Position numbers and translations under genes: made by a program. 22,452 nucleotides of DNA from Candidatus Methylomirabilia bacterium (GTDB lineage: Bacteria > Methylomirabilota > Methylomirabilia > Rokubacteriales > CSP1-6): positions 1 through 22,452 of the forward strand of contig JBGQHJ010000081.1 in NCBI GenBank assembly GCA_041497895.1, in the 5' to 3' direction. Under the pieces are notes generated by a model that was not told the DNA's origin, ran no database searches, and worked only from the letters and a program-made list of their open reading frames with translations. Below are positions 8,000 to 18,044 of the stretch, piece by piece; within the stretch, counting starts at the first letter, position 1; every line of letters starts with the position of its first letter.

Positions 8000-8926
8000 T
8001 CAGACGAACACGCCCTCGGGCAGGAACGCGGAGACGATCCAGTTGGGCGCGTCCACGATCTCGCTGATCTTGAGATCCACCGTCACGCTGCACAGGATGT
8101 AGGCCTCTTCCCGGGAGAGCCCACGCTCGCGCACGAGGTGGTCGATCATGTAGCGTACCGCCTGCTGGGAGGCCGCGAAGAGGTCGGGCCCGTGCGCGGT
8201 GGTGGCGAACCAGGGGCCGGGCGCGGTCGACGAGGGCGATCGCGTGGTGCGCAGCTGCGGCTCGGCGAGGCCCCGGTCGCGCTCGAGGCCGAAGCGCGCG
8301 GTCACCCGGCCGCTCATCTCCACCGCGGTGACGCAGACCTCGCCGTCGCCCTGGATCGCGTGGGTGTCGCCCACGCAGAACAGCCCGCCCTCCACCCACA
8401 CCGGCAGGTAGAGGGTGGATCCGGCGGTGAGCTGCTTGATGTCCATGTTGCCGCCGTTCTTGCGGGGCGGCATCGTGCTGTGCCCTCCCGGCACGTCGAG
8501 CGCGGTGCCCATGACGCCGGGGAACGGATCGATCGGCACCGCGAGGCGGCGGCCCGCGCGCGCGTGGGTGCCGTCGCTCAGGTCCCAGATCTGGAGATAG
8601 GGCTTGGCGAAGTCCGACTCCGGCAGCAGGCCGCGGCCCGGCCGGATCGCGGTCCAGCCGAAGTCGGCCGGCTTCACCTCCAGGATGTCCACCACCAGCA
8701 CGTCACCCGGCCGCGCGTCCCGGACCCGCACCGGCCCGGTCAGGGGATGCCCGCGGAAGGGGCCGCGCGCCAGCACGTCGGCGTGGGTGGAGGCGCGCGA
8801 GTAGTACCGGTCGGCCGCGTCCCGGGTCTCGAAGACCACCGTGTCGCCGGGGTCGATCTCGAGCCGCGCGGGGATCGCGTTGTTCCACTCGTACTGGACC
8901 TGGCCGGCGTCGAGGTGGTGGACCAT
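8000..8926 (-). CDS. Acetamidase/formamidase family protein (FmdA/AmdA)
   Basis: Motifs IDPGDTVVFETRD, GHPLTGPVRV, PFPGVMG, PPRKNGGNMDIK, GDTHAIQGDGEVCVTAVE and EAYILCSVTVDLKISEIVD. GAGGG SD before the ATG at 8926. Confidence 0.9.
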   Translation of the reverse strand: MVHHLDAGQVQYEWNNAIPARLEIDPGDTVVFETRDAADRYYSRASTHADVLARGPFRGHPLTGPVRVRDARPGDVLVVDILEVKPADFGWTAIRPGRGLLPESDFAKPYLQIWDLSDGTHARAGRRLAVPIDPFPGVMGTALDVPGGHSTMPPRKNGGNMDIKQLTAGSTLYLPVWVEGGLFCVGDTHAIQGDGEVCVTAVEMSGRVTARFGLERDRGLAEPQLRTTRSPSSTAPGPWFATTAHGPDLFAASQQAVRYMIDHLVRERGLSREEAYILCSVTVDLKISEIVDAPNWIVSAFLPEGVFV

Positions 8927-8938
8927 GGCAGCCCTCGA

Positions 8939-8990
8939 AGTATACACGCCGGCGCAGGCCCTTGTTGACGTGCGGAGGGCGGGGTATGCT
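8939..8990. promoter_or_regulatory. Divergent back-to-back -10 elements: TATACT (minus) for the formamidase and TATGCT (plus) for the membrane protein
   Basis: Minus-strand TATACT at 8944-8939. Plus-strand TATGCT at 8985-8990, with TTGTTG 17 bp upstream (TTGACG 14 bp upstream). The ATG at 9001 follows 10 nt later with no SD. Confidence 0.5.
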
Positions 8991-9000
8991 CCCCGCCACG

Positions 9001-11508
9001 ATGTCGACCCGCCTGGAGACGCCGACCCCCGGGCCGCGTGTTCGCCAGGAGGCCAACGGGACCCGGCCCGCGCCCGTCCCGCCCCTGCCCGACCTGCCCG
9101 AGCCGCCGGCCGATGGCGTCTTCCCGGCCATCTTCGTCATCTCGGCCGCGACCCTGCTCCTCGAGCTGACGCTGACCCGCATCTTCGACGTGGTGCTCTG
9201 GACCAACCTGGCGAGCTTCATCGTGAGCAGCGCCATCTTCGGGCTCGGGCTCGGCGGCATCGTGGTCATGCTGCGACCCGCGCTCTCGCAGTCGGAGCGG
9301 CCGCTGTTCTGGGCCGCGCTCGCGTTCGCGGGCACGGTCCTGGTCCTGCTGCCCGCGATCATCCTGCTGCCCTTCGACTTCGGGGCCGTGCTCATGCACC
9401 CGGCGCGCCAGCTCGCGAGCTTCGCCGCGCTCTACGCCGCGCTGCTCGCCCCGTTCTTCGCCTCCGGGGTGGTCATCGCGGCGATCCTGACGCGTCACTC
9501 CCACCGCGTCGACCGCCTCTACTTCTGGGACCTGCTGGGCGCGGGGCTCGGCACGCTCGGCATCGTGTGGCTCCCCGGCCTGATCGGACCCGCCGCGATG
9601 CTCGTGCTCATCGCGGCGGCCGGGGCGGTGGTGGCCGGGCTGCTCGCGGCCGGACACCGTCGGGCCCGCATGCTCGCGCTCGCCGCGGGGGGCGTCGTGG
9701 CGCTCGTCGGTCTCGTCACCGCGGAGCGGATCGATTTCGAGACCCACGTGCTGAAGGGAGACATGAAGGCCGGCGAGGCCATCCAGCGGGCCGAGTACTC
9801 CCGCTGGGATCCCGCCGCGAAGATCGACGTGCTGCCCTGGGAGGTGCCGTTCCTGCGGCGCATCGTCTACGACGGCGGCTCGCAGCGCTCCTTCTACTAT
9901 CGGTTCGACGGCGACCTGGCCCAGGCCCGCGCGCACTACTTCGACCTGGTGGACGGCCACACCCGCTACAACATCGGGCGCTACGTGGCCTTCGCCTACT
10001 GGCTCAAGCGGGATACTCCGATGCACGCGCTGGTGATCGGCAGCGCGGGCGGACAGGAGGTCCTGGCCGCGCTGACCTTCGGCGCCGCGCGGGTCGACGC
10101 GGTGGAGATGGTGTGCGCGGTGATCCAGGCCGCGCGGGGCCCCTACGCGGAGTTCACCGGCCACCTCTACGACCACCCGCGCGTCCGGCCCGTCTGCGAC
10201 GAGGGCCGGAGCTACCTGCGCCACTCCCGCGAGCGCTACGACGTGATCCAGATCCACAGCAACCACACCACCTCGAGCGTGGCGCAGGGCGCGGGGGCCA
10301 TGGACCCCATCTACCTCCAGACGGTGGAGGCCTATCGCGAGTACCTGAGTCATCTCGCCGACGACGGCATCCTCCAGATCAACTACTACGTCTACCCCCG
10401 TATGCTCACCACCGCCGCGCAGGCGTGGCACGATCTCTTCCCCGACCGCGACTTCGCCCGGCACGTGATCATCGAGGGCAGCGGCTGGTCCGAGTTCATG
10501 ATGCCGACCCTACTCGTGAAGCGGTCGCCGTGGACTCCGCAGGAGATCGCGGGGGCCCGGGGCTTCGTCAGCCCGCAGTTCGCGTCGGAGCCGGACCGTA
10601 CCTACAGCCTCGTCTACGCCCCCGGCCAGCCGGAGGCGGCCAACGTGCCGGAGGCATTCTTCCGCGTGCCGCTCGACCCCGCGCTCGTGGCTCGCCTGCC
10701 GTACCAGGTGGCGCCCACCACCGACTCACGGCCCTTCTTCCGCGACCTGCGCAAGCACCTTCACCGGATCGAGCCCGACGCGGCCGGTTACGTGCCCACC
10801 ACCACCGCCGGGTTCATCAACGCGAGCCTGATGGGCCCGATCCCGCGCGATCGCATCCACCTCTACCTGCTCGGCGGGCTCTCCGTCGCGATGGCCGGCC
10901 TCTTCCTCTGGTACCCGATCCGCTGGATGCGGCGGCGCGGGCTCCGGAGCGCGGGCACGCTGGCCACCGCGGTGTACTTCGGCTGCCTCGGGGTCGGCTT
11001 CATCGTCGTCGAGGTCGTGCTGATCTCGAAGTTCGTGGTGCTGATCGGCTTCCCGATCTACGCGATGGCCGCGGTGCTCTGCACGCTGCTCATCGCGGCC
11101 GGCGTGGGCAGCCGCCTTTCCGGCTGGCTGTCGCGCCGTCACCCCGCCTGGGCGATCGGCGTCTTCCCCGCGGTGGCGCTCCTGATCGGCGCGGTGGTGG
11201 CCGCCTTCCCCTACGCGCGGGACCTCGCGCTCGGCCTGGGCCAGCCCGGGCGCATCGCGCTTTCCGCCGCCCTGCTGCTGCCCCTCGGGGTCGGCCTCGG
11301 CATCCCGTTCCCGCTCGGCATCGCCGCGCTCAGCCGGCTGGCCCCGCGCCTGGTGCCGTGGGCGTGGGGGGTCAACGGCTTCATGACGGTGGTGGGCTCG
11401 CTGTTCGCGGCGCTCCTGTCGATCCGGTTCGGCTTCGACGTGACCCTGCTCGCGGCGGCCGCCGTCTACCTGGTCGCGATGGGAGCCTGGCGCTCGCTCG
11501 ACGCATGA
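9001..11508 (+). CDS. Large integral membrane protein with a central spermidine-synthase-like class I SAM-binding domain
   Basis: N-terminal TM block (ATLLLELTLTRIF, LYFWDLLGAGLG). Rossmann motifs ALVIGSAGGQEV, VDAVEM, DEGRSYL, YDVIQ, TVEAYREYLSHLADDG and TTDSRPFF. C-terminal TM block (YFGCLGVGFIVVEV, GIPFPLG, PWAWGVNG). Confidence 0.8.
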   Translation: MSTRLETPTPGPRVRQEANGTRPAPVPPLPDLPEPPADGVFPAIFVISAATLLLELTLTRIFDVVLWTNLASFIVSSAIFGLGLGGIVVMLRPALSQSERPLFWAALAFAGTVLVLLPAIILLPFDFGAVLMHPARQLASFAALYAALLAPFFASGVVIAAILTRHSHRVDRLYFWDLLGAGLGTLGIVWLPGLIGPAAMLVLIAAAGAVVAGLLAAGHRRARMLALAAGGVVALVGLVTAERIDFETHVLKGDMKAGEAIQRAEYSRWDPAAKIDVLPWEVPFLRRIVYDGGSQRSFYYRFDGDLAQARAHYFDLVDGHTRYNIGRYVAFAYWLKRDTPMHALVIGSAGGQEVLAALTFGAARVDAVEMVCAVIQAARGPYAEFTGHLYDHPRVRPVCDEGRSYLRHSRERYDVIQIHSNHTTSSVAQGAGAMDPIYLQTVEAYREYLSHLADDGILQINYYVYPRMLTTAAQAWHDLFPDRDFARHVIIEGSGWSEFMMPTLLVKRSPWTPQEIAGARGFVSPQFASEPDRTYSLVYAPGQPEAANVPEAFFRVPLDPALVARLPYQVAPTTDSRPFFRDLRKHLHRIEPDAAGYVPTTTAGFINASLMGPIPRDRIHLYLLGGLSVAMAGLFLWYPIRWMRRRGLRSAGTLATAVYFGCLGVGFIVVEVVLISKFVVLIGFPIYAMAAVLCTLLIAAGVGSRLSGWLSRRHPAWAIGVFPAVALLIGAVVAAFPYARDLALGLGQPGRIALSAALLLPLGVGLGIPFPLGIAALSRLAPRLVPWAWGVNGFMTVVGSLFAALLSIRFGFDVTLLAAAAVYLVAMGAWRSLDA

Positions 11509-12167
11509 GCACCACCGGCGCGCTCTGGCGGGCCATCGAGCCCATCTACGCGGCCATCCTCGCGCACCCGTTCCTGCGCGGCCTGACCGACGGCTCCCTG
11601 CCCGGCGAGACCTTCCGCTTCTACGCGGTGCAGGACGCGCTCTACCTGCGGGACTTCGCCCGGGCTCTCTCGCTGGCCGCCGCCCATGCGCCGCGCGAGG
11701 AGTGGATCATCATGCTGAACGAGCACGCGGCGGGCGCGCTCACGGTGGAGCGCACGCTGCACGAGTCCTTCTTCGAGGACTGGGGCCTCACCCCCGAGGC
11801 GGTGACGGCCACGCCGCTGGCCCCGACCAACCTCGCCTACACCTCGTACCTGCTCGCGGTCGCCTCCGGCCGGCCGTTCCACGAGGCGATCGCCGCGCTG
11901 CTGCCCTGCTACTGGATCTACTGGGAGGTGGGCAAGACCCTCGAGCGCGCGAGCTCGCGGGACCCGCTCTACGCGCGCTGGATCGGCACCTACGCCTCCG
12001 AGGAGTTCGGGGCGGTGGTGCGGGCGGTGCTCGCGTGCACCGACACCCTCGCGGCCCCGCTCGGCGACGACGACCGCCTCGCGATGCAGCGCCACTTCGT
12101 GACCACCAGCCGGTACGAGTGGATGTTCTGGGACATGGGCTGGCGCCGCGAGGCCTGGCCCGTCTAG
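11505..12167 (+). CDS. tenA: Thiaminase II / aminopyrimidine aminohydrolase
   Basis: HPFLRGLTDGSL, FYAVQDALYL, catalytic Cys in LLPCYWIY, WIGTYAS and YEWMFWDM. ATGA overlap with the upstream gene. Confidence 0.9.
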   Translation: MSTTGALWRAIEPIYAAILAHPFLRGLTDGSLPGETFRFYAVQDALYLRDFARALSLAAAHAPREEWIIMLNEHAAGALTVERTLHESFFEDWGLTPEAVTATPLAPTNLAYTSYLLAVASGRPFHEAIAALLPCYWIYWEVGKTLERASSRDPLYARWIGTYASEEFGAVVRAVLACTDTLAAPLGDDDRLAMQRHFVTTSRYEWMFWDMGWRREAWPV

Positions 12168-12171
12168 TCCT

Positions 12172-12219
12172 CCCTCTCCCCTCAGGGGAGAGGGCCGGGT
12201 GAGGGGCAGGGTGAGGGGC
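12172..12219. repeat. REP-like palindromic element with a duplicated tail
   Basis: CCCTCTCCCC-tca-GGGGAGAGGG forms a 10-bp stem at 12172-12194. GGGTGAGGGGC follows twice, at 12197-12207 and 12209-12219. Confidence 0.65.
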
Positions 12220-12220
12220 G

Positions 12221-12229
12221 TGCTAGACT
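12221..12229 (+). promoter_or_regulatory. Extended -10 promoter (TGcTAGACT) for the ABC operon
   Basis: TG-n-TAGACT at 12221-12229, GGAGG SD at 12258-12262 and ATG at 12271. Confidence 0.55.
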
Positions 12230-12270
12230 ACGGCCGCGTCCCCACCATCGCGCTTCCGGAGGACTACACG

Positions 12271-13263
12271 ATGATCCGACCGAGCCGCTACGCCGCCGGC
12301 GCCCTGGCCGTCGTCCTGGCCGTCCTGCTGGCGATCGCGCTGCCGGCCGCCGCCGCCGAGACGGTGAAGCTCGGCGACCTGCCCGCGATCTCCAACGCCG
12401 GCATCTACATCGCCATCGAGAAGGGCTTCTTCCAGGAGCACGGCGTCACGGTGGACATCGAGCGCTTCGCCTCGGCGGGCAAGATGACCGCGCCGCTCGC
12501 CACCGGGCAGATCGACGTGTCGGTGGGCTCGCCCTCCGCCGGCCTGTTCAACGCCATCGCCTCCGGCATGGACTTCAGGATCGTGGCCGACAAGGGCCAG
12601 GTGCGACCGGGCTACAATTTCACCCCGCTCATCGTCCGCAAGGATCTCGTCGACTCGGGCAAGGTGAAGACGTTGAAGGACCTCAAAGGCCTCAAGGTCG
12701 CCAACGGGGCCAAGGGCATCAACTTCGACTTCTTCCTCGCCAAGATGATGGAGCACGTGGGGCTCACCTACGACGTGCTCGACGTGGTCTACATGTCCTA
12801 TCCGGACGGGGTCAAGGCGCTCGCCAGCAAAGCGGTCGACGCCGCCTTCGCGCCGGAGCCGTGGGGCGCCCGGGCCGAGCAGGAGAAGGTCGGCACGCGC
12901 CTCTTCCTGACCGAGCAGGTGCCCGCGCTCGCCACCTTCCAGGTGGCGGTGATCATGTACAGCGGCAAGTTCATGAAGGAGCGGCCCAAGGTGGCCCGCG
13001 CGTTCATGCAGGGCTACGTGCAGGGGCTCAAGCTCTACGACCGCAAGGGCGGCCTCAAGGACCCGGAGATCGCGGCCATCCTGGCCAAGCACCTCAAGCT
13101 GCCGGTCGAGACCATCCAGGCCACCCTGCCGGTCTATCTCGATCCGAGCGGCAAGCCGCGGGTCCAGGACCTGGCCGCCTTCCAGGACTGGTTTCACCAG
13201 ATGGGCTGGGTGAAGGAGAAGGTGCCGATGGACCGGGTGGTGGACCTCTCCTTCCTCGAATAG
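12271..13263 (+). CDS. ABC transporter substrate-binding protein, NitT/TauT (SsuA/ThiY/NMT1-like) family
   Basis: Signal peptide ending in AAAA. Motifs IYIAIEKGFFQEHGV, LATGQIDV, KTLKDLKG and VDAAFAPEPW. Confidence 0.85.
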   Translation: MIRPSRYAAGALAVVLAVLLAIALPAAAAETVKLGDLPAISNAGIYIAIEKGFFQEHGVTVDIERFASAGKMTAPLATGQIDVSVGSPSAGLFNAIASGMDFRIVADKGQVRPGYNFTPLIVRKDLVDSGKVKTLKDLKGLKVANGAKGINFDFFLAKMMEHVGLTYDVLDVVYMSYPDGVKALASKAVDAAFAPEPWGARAEQEKVGTRLFLTEQVPALATFQVAVIMYSGKFMKERPKVARAFMQGYVQGLKLYDRKGGLKDPEIAAILAKHLKLPVETIQATLPVYLDPSGKPRVQDLAAFQDWFHQMGWVKEKVPMDRVVDLSFLE

Positions 13264-13285
13264 CCGGGGACCCGCGCGTCCCGCC

Positions 13286-14049
<764 letters not shown>

Positions 14050-14053
<4 letters not shown>

Positions 14054-14805
14054 CCGCGTCGCACTGGCGGCAGATCGCGTCGGTCGCCGGGCTGCTGCTC
14101 GCCTGGCAGATCCTGGTGCAGGCCGGCCGGATCAACCCGCTCTTCCTCCCCACCCCGCTCGCGGTACTCGGGTCCATGTGGGAGATGACGCGCTCCGGCG
14201 AGCTGCCCTGGGCGGTGCTCGCGAGCCTGAACCGGGTGATCCAGGGCTTCGTCTACGGGTCCCTCGCCGGCGTGCTCCTGGGCCTCCTCGCCGGCGCCAT
14301 CCGCTGGGTCGAGGACCTCCTCGATCCCTGGGTCGCGGCGGTGTACCCGATCCCCAAGTCGGCCCTCTTCCCGCTCTTCATGCTGTGGTTCGGGCTCGGC
14401 AACCCGTCGAAGATCGTGACCATCGCGGTCGGCGTGCTCTTCCTGGTGCTGGTCAACACCATGACCGGGGTGCGCGCGATCAACCCGACCCTGCTCAAGG
14501 CCGCGCGCGACCTCGGCGCGAGCCGCCCGCAGATCTTCGTCAAGGTGATCCTGCCCGGCGCCCTGCCCAACATCTTCACCGGCTTCCGGCTGGGCGCGGG
14601 CATGGCCCTCATCCTCGTCTTCATCACCGAGATCGAGGCCACCAAGACCGGCCTGGGCTTCCTCCTGTGGGAGGCCTTCCAGCTCATGGACACCCGGCAC
14701 GTGTTCGTGGGTGTGGTAACGTTCGGCCTGCTGGGCGTGGCGACCACCTGGCTGCTGCAGTGGCTGGAGCGGGTCGCCTGCCCGTGGATCCAAGGCTCGA
14801 ACTAG
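14050..14805 (+). CDS. ABC transporter permease, NitT/TauT family
   Basis: LFLPTP, SLNRVIQG, YPIPKSALFPL and an EAA-like loop AARDLGAS...VILPGALP. GTGA overlap with the ATPase gene. Confidence 0.9.
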
Positions 14806-14827
14806 ACCCCACGCAGAGAGGCGCGAC

Positions 14828-16183
14828 ATGGCACAGGACCTCCCCGGATACCTCGATCAGATCAAGCGCAGCCGGCCCGACGACCTGCTGGTCGTCTCGA
14901 AGGAGCTCGACCCCGCCTTCGAGATCACCGCGCTGGTGGTGAAGCTCGAGCGCGAGGCCCGCCGGCGCCCGGTGGTCATCTGCGAGCGCGTGCGCGGCAC
15001 GAGGTTCCCGGTGCTGACCAACCTCCACGCGAGCCGCTCGCGCCTGGCGCTGGCCATGGGCTCGGCGCCCGACGAGATGCTGGCCACCTATCTCCGTGCG
15101 ATGGACAAGCCCATCGCGCCCCGCGTGGTCCCGAGCGGCCCGTGCAAGGACGTGGTGCTGACCGGCGACCGGATCAACCTGTACGACCTGCCCCAGATCC
15201 TCCACCACGAGGGCGACGCGGGCGCCTACCTCACCGCCGCGATCTCGTTCGCCAAGGACCCGACCAGCGAGACCTGGAACTGCGCCTACAACCGGCTGAT
15301 GATCCAGGGCCGCGACCGTACCTCGATCCACCTGACCCTGGGCAAGCATCTCTGGGAGTTCCAGCGCATCGCGGAGTCGCTCGGCCGGCCCCTGCCGGTG
15401 GCCTTCGCGATCGGGGTGCACCCCGCCATCGCGCTCGGCGCGCTCGCGATCGGCTCCATCGACGAGGACGAGCGCGCGATCATGGGCGCGCTGCTGCGGG
15501 AGCCGCTCGAGCTGGTGAAGTGCGAGACCTCCGACGTGCTGGCCCCGGCGCACGCCGAGATGATCATCGAGGCGGAGATCCAGCCCGGGGCGCGCACGCC
15601 CGAGGGCCCGTTCGGCGAGTTCACCGGCTATAGCCTGGGCGAGCGGCAGCGCGAGGTGGTGCAGGTCAAGGCCATCACCCACCGGCGGGGCGCCTACTTC
15701 CAGGACATCACGGTGGCGCACCTCGACCACATGCTGCTCTCGACGATCCCGATGGAGGCCAACCTCTATCGCGCGGTCCGGGCCATGGTGCCGTCGGTGA
15801 AGGCGGTGCGGGTGCCCGCGCCCTTCACGTGCTACGTCTCGCTCGAGCAGCGGCTGATCGGCCAGGCCAAGAACGCGATCCTGGCCGTGCTGGGCGCCGA
15901 CCTGTACATGAAGCGCGTGGTGGTGGTCGACCAGGACGTGAACATCTTCGACGACCGCCAGGTGACGTGGGCCATCGCCACCCGCTGCCAGCCCGATCGC
16001 GACATCACGATCATCACCCACGCGCGCGGCTCGGACCTCGACCCCTCCACCAAGGAAGACGGCTACTCCGCCAAGTGGGGCGTGGACGCGACGGCCAAGC
16101 CGTCGCTCGCGGGCTACACCCCGCGGCACCGCGTGCCGCCCGAGGTGTGGAAGCGCCTGAACCTGAAGGACTACGCGGAGTAG
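14828..16183 (+). CDS. UbiD-family prFMN-dependent (de)carboxylase
   Basis: Motifs DPAFEITA, VLTNLH, WNCAYNR, LPVAFAIGVHP, AEMIIE, EGPFGEFTGY, VVVVDQDVNIFD, WAIATR and LDPS. Confidence 0.9.
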   Translation: MAQDLPGYLDQIKRSRPDDLLVVSKELDPAFEITALVVKLEREARRRPVVICERVRGTRFPVLTNLHASRSRLALAMGSAPDEMLATYLRAMDKPIAPRVVPSGPCKDVVLTGDRINLYDLPQILHHEGDAGAYLTAAISFAKDPTSETWNCAYNRLMIQGRDRTSIHLTLGKHLWEFQRIAESLGRPLPVAFAIGVHPAIALGALAIGSIDEDERAIMGALLREPLELVKCETSDVLAPAHAEMIIEAEIQPGARTPEGPFGEFTGYSLGERQREVVQVKAITHRRGAYFQDITVAHLDHMLLSTIPMEANLYRAVRAMVPSVKAVRVPAPFTCYVSLEQRLIGQAKNAILAVLGADLYMKRVVVVDQDVNIFDDRQVTWAIATRCQPDRDITIITHARGSDLDPSTKEDGYSAKWGVDATAKPSLAGYTPRHRVPPEVWKRLNLKDYAE

Positions 16184-16214
16184 GCATCGGGGATCGCCCG
16201 GGCTCGCTCACCTC

Positions 16215-17594
16215 GTGACGACCGAGCGAAGTCCCAACCTCGCCGCGCGCCTCGCCGACGCCGCGCGCCGGCGACCCGATCACCCCGCGCTGGTCTGGGA
16301 CGGCGGCGCGCTCTCCTGGCGCGACCTCGAGGCGCGCGCGGCCGGCATGGCGCGGCGGCTCGCGCGCGAGAAGGTGGGCGCGGGCGACGTCGTCGCGCTC
16401 CTCCTGCCCAACACGTGGGGACTGGCCGCCGCGCTCTGGGGCGGGCTCGCCCTCGGCGCGACGGTGGTGCCGCTCAACCCGCTGCTGGCCGCCGACGAGC
16501 GCGAGCGGATCCTCGGTCACCTGGGCCCGAGGGCGGTGGTCGACACCGCGCCCGCCGAGGAGACCGCCGAGACGCTGCCGATCGCGCCCGCCGTCGCCCC
16601 CGGCATCATCCTCTACACGTCCGGCAGCACCGGGCAGCCGAAGGGCGCGGTGCTCTCCCACGCCGCGCTCGCGGCGGCCAACGGGTCCTGGGCCGGCCCG
16701 GTGATGGGCCTCACCGCGGCCGACCGGGTGCTGGCCGTCCTGCCGCTCGCGCACTCGTTCGGCCTCAACGGCGCGCTGCTGGCCCCGCTCCTCGCCGGCG
16801 TCACCGTGGTGCTGCAGGAGCGCTTCACGCCGGAGGACACGCTGCGCGCGCTCGCCCGGCACCGGGCGACGGTGTTCCCCGGCGTCGCCACCATGTTCGC
16901 GCGCATCCTCGAGTCACCCGCGCTCGAGGGGGCCGACCTGTCGAGCCTGCGCCTCGCCGTCTCGGGCGCCGCGCCCTGCCCATGGGCGCTGGCCAGCGAG
17001 TGGCGCCGGCGCACCGGGGTGCGCATCGTGCGCGGCTACGGGATGACCGAGCTGTTCCGTCCGATCTCGTATCTCGCGGAGGAGGCGACGGACCGGCCGG
17101 ACTCGATCGGCCGCGCGGTGCCCGGCGTCGAGCTGCGCGTCGTCGAGGACGAGCTGTGGATCCGCTCGCCCGCGGCGATGGACGGCTACCTGCACGCCCC
17201 CGAGGAGACCGCGGCGGTGCTCGCCGGCGACGGCTGGTTCCGGACCGGCGACCTCGCCACCATCGCCGACGACGGCTTCGTCAGCATCGTGGGACGCAAG
17301 CGCGAGCTCATCCTCCGCGGCGGCTACTCGGTGGTCCCGGGCGAGGTGGAGCAGGCCCTGCTCGGCCACCCCGCGGTGGCGGAGGCGGCGGTGATCGGTG
17401 TCGCGCACCCGGAGCTGGGCGAGGAGGTGGCCGCGTTCGTGACGCTGCGGGCGGGCGCGCGCGTCGAGCCGGAGGACCTGATCGCGTTCTGCCGGGAGCG
17501 GCTGGCCGGCTACAAGTATCCCCGGCGCGTGACGGTCGTGGAGACGATGCCCAGGAGCGCGACCGGCAAGATCCTGAAGGCGAAGCTCGGATAG
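16215..17594 (+). CDS. Acyl-CoA synthetase / AMP-binding enzyme (class I adenylate-forming)
   Basis: Motifs YTSGSTGQPKG, LPLAHSFG, GYGMTE, WFRTGDL, GRKRELI and PRSATGKILK. Confidence 0.9.
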   Translation: MTTERSPNLAARLADAARRRPDHPALVWDGGALSWRDLEARAAGMARRLAREKVGAGDVVALLLPNTWGLAAALWGGLALGATVVPLNPLLAADERERILGHLGPRAVVDTAPAEETAETLPIAPAVAPGIILYTSGSTGQPKGAVLSHAALAAANGSWAGPVMGLTAADRVLAVLPLAHSFGLNGALLAPLLAGVTVVLQERFTPEDTLRALARHRATVFPGVATMFARILESPALEGADLSSLRLAVSGAAPCPWALASEWRRRTGVRIVRGYGMTELFRPISYLAEEATDRPDSIGRAVPGVELRVVEDELWIRSPAAMDGYLHAPEETAAVLAGDGWFRTGDLATIADDGFVSIVGRKRELILRGGYSVVPGEVEQALLGHPAVAEAAVIGVAHPELGEEVAAFVTLRAGARVEPEDLIAFCRERLAGYKYPRRVTVVETMPRSATGKILKAKLG

Positions 17595-17637
17595 GGAGGC
17601 GAGCGGCGTGGAGGTGCTCCCCCCACGCCGCCCCTAT
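17591..17637. terminator. GC-rich hairpin between convergent genes (possible terminator or mRNA 3' stabiliser)
   Basis: GCGGCGTGG (17603-17611) pairs with CCACGCCGC (17623-17631), and ATAGGG (17591-17596) pairs with CCCTAT (17632-17637). There is no U-tract. Confidence 0.4.
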
Positions 17638-17676
17638 GTGAACGCGCGGCTCTCGTCGCGCGGCTGGTTGGCCCGC

Positions 17677-17976
17677 CTACTTCTTCGGCTGCTCGGGCGC
17701 CTTGGTGTCGGGCGCCTTGGTCTCGGGGGTCTTCTCGGCCGCCGCCTTCTCGGTCTTCTTGGACGAGGCGTGGCGCTTCTTGGTGCCGTGCTTGGCCGCC
17801 GCGTTGCCGTCCTTCTTGTCCATCTTGTCCATCTGGGTGTCACCCTTCGACGGAGCGGCCGGCGCGGGCGTCGTGGTCGGAGCCGGGGTGCTCGGCGTCT
17901 GCGCGAGCGCGGGACCGGCCACCCCGATGGCGAACGCCGTCGCGGCCACGAGGGACATCACGTGAGTCGTCTTCAT
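17677..17976 (-). CDS. Small secreted low-complexity Lys/Ala/Pro/Thr-rich protein
   Basis: Signal peptide ending ALA-Q, followed by a disordered mature part (PAPTTTPAP, MDKMDKKD, KKRHASSKK). GAGGAG SD. Confidence 0.7.
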   Translation of the reverse strand: MKTTHVMSLVAATAFAIGVAGPALAQTPSTPAPTTTPAPAAPSKGDTQMDKMDKKDGNAAAKHGTKKRHASSKKTEKAAAEKTPETKAPDTKAPEQPKK

Positions 17977-18044
17977 GGGGAAACTCCTCTCTCTTCGTTG
18001 AGTGTCTTGGTGAGTGCTGGTTGGTTGAGTGCGCAGTGGTTGCG

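Noticed and set aside
4012..8399. Long N-terminal extensions of the operon ORFs (442, 362, 525, 512 and 425 aa)
   Set aside because: These are stop-poor alternative frames of the upstream genes in high-GC DNA. The real starts coincide with stop/start overlaps or family N-termini.
8841..12167. 1108-aa ORF appearing to be a giant TenA fusion
   Set aside because: Only the last 220 aa are TenA. The rest is an Arg/Pro-rich off-frame shadow of the membrane protein gene, and the true start is the ATGA overlap at 11505.
8927..12270. TPP riboswitch controlling tenA or the ABC transporter
   Set aside because: No conserved CUGAGA-type core was seen, and the intergenic regions are short and explained by promoters and the repeat.
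14684..16129. Long antisense ORFs such as this 481-aa frame opposite ubiD (also 8740-10464 and 21179-22399)
   Set aside because: They mirror strongly GC3-biased sense genes and have no recognisable motifs.
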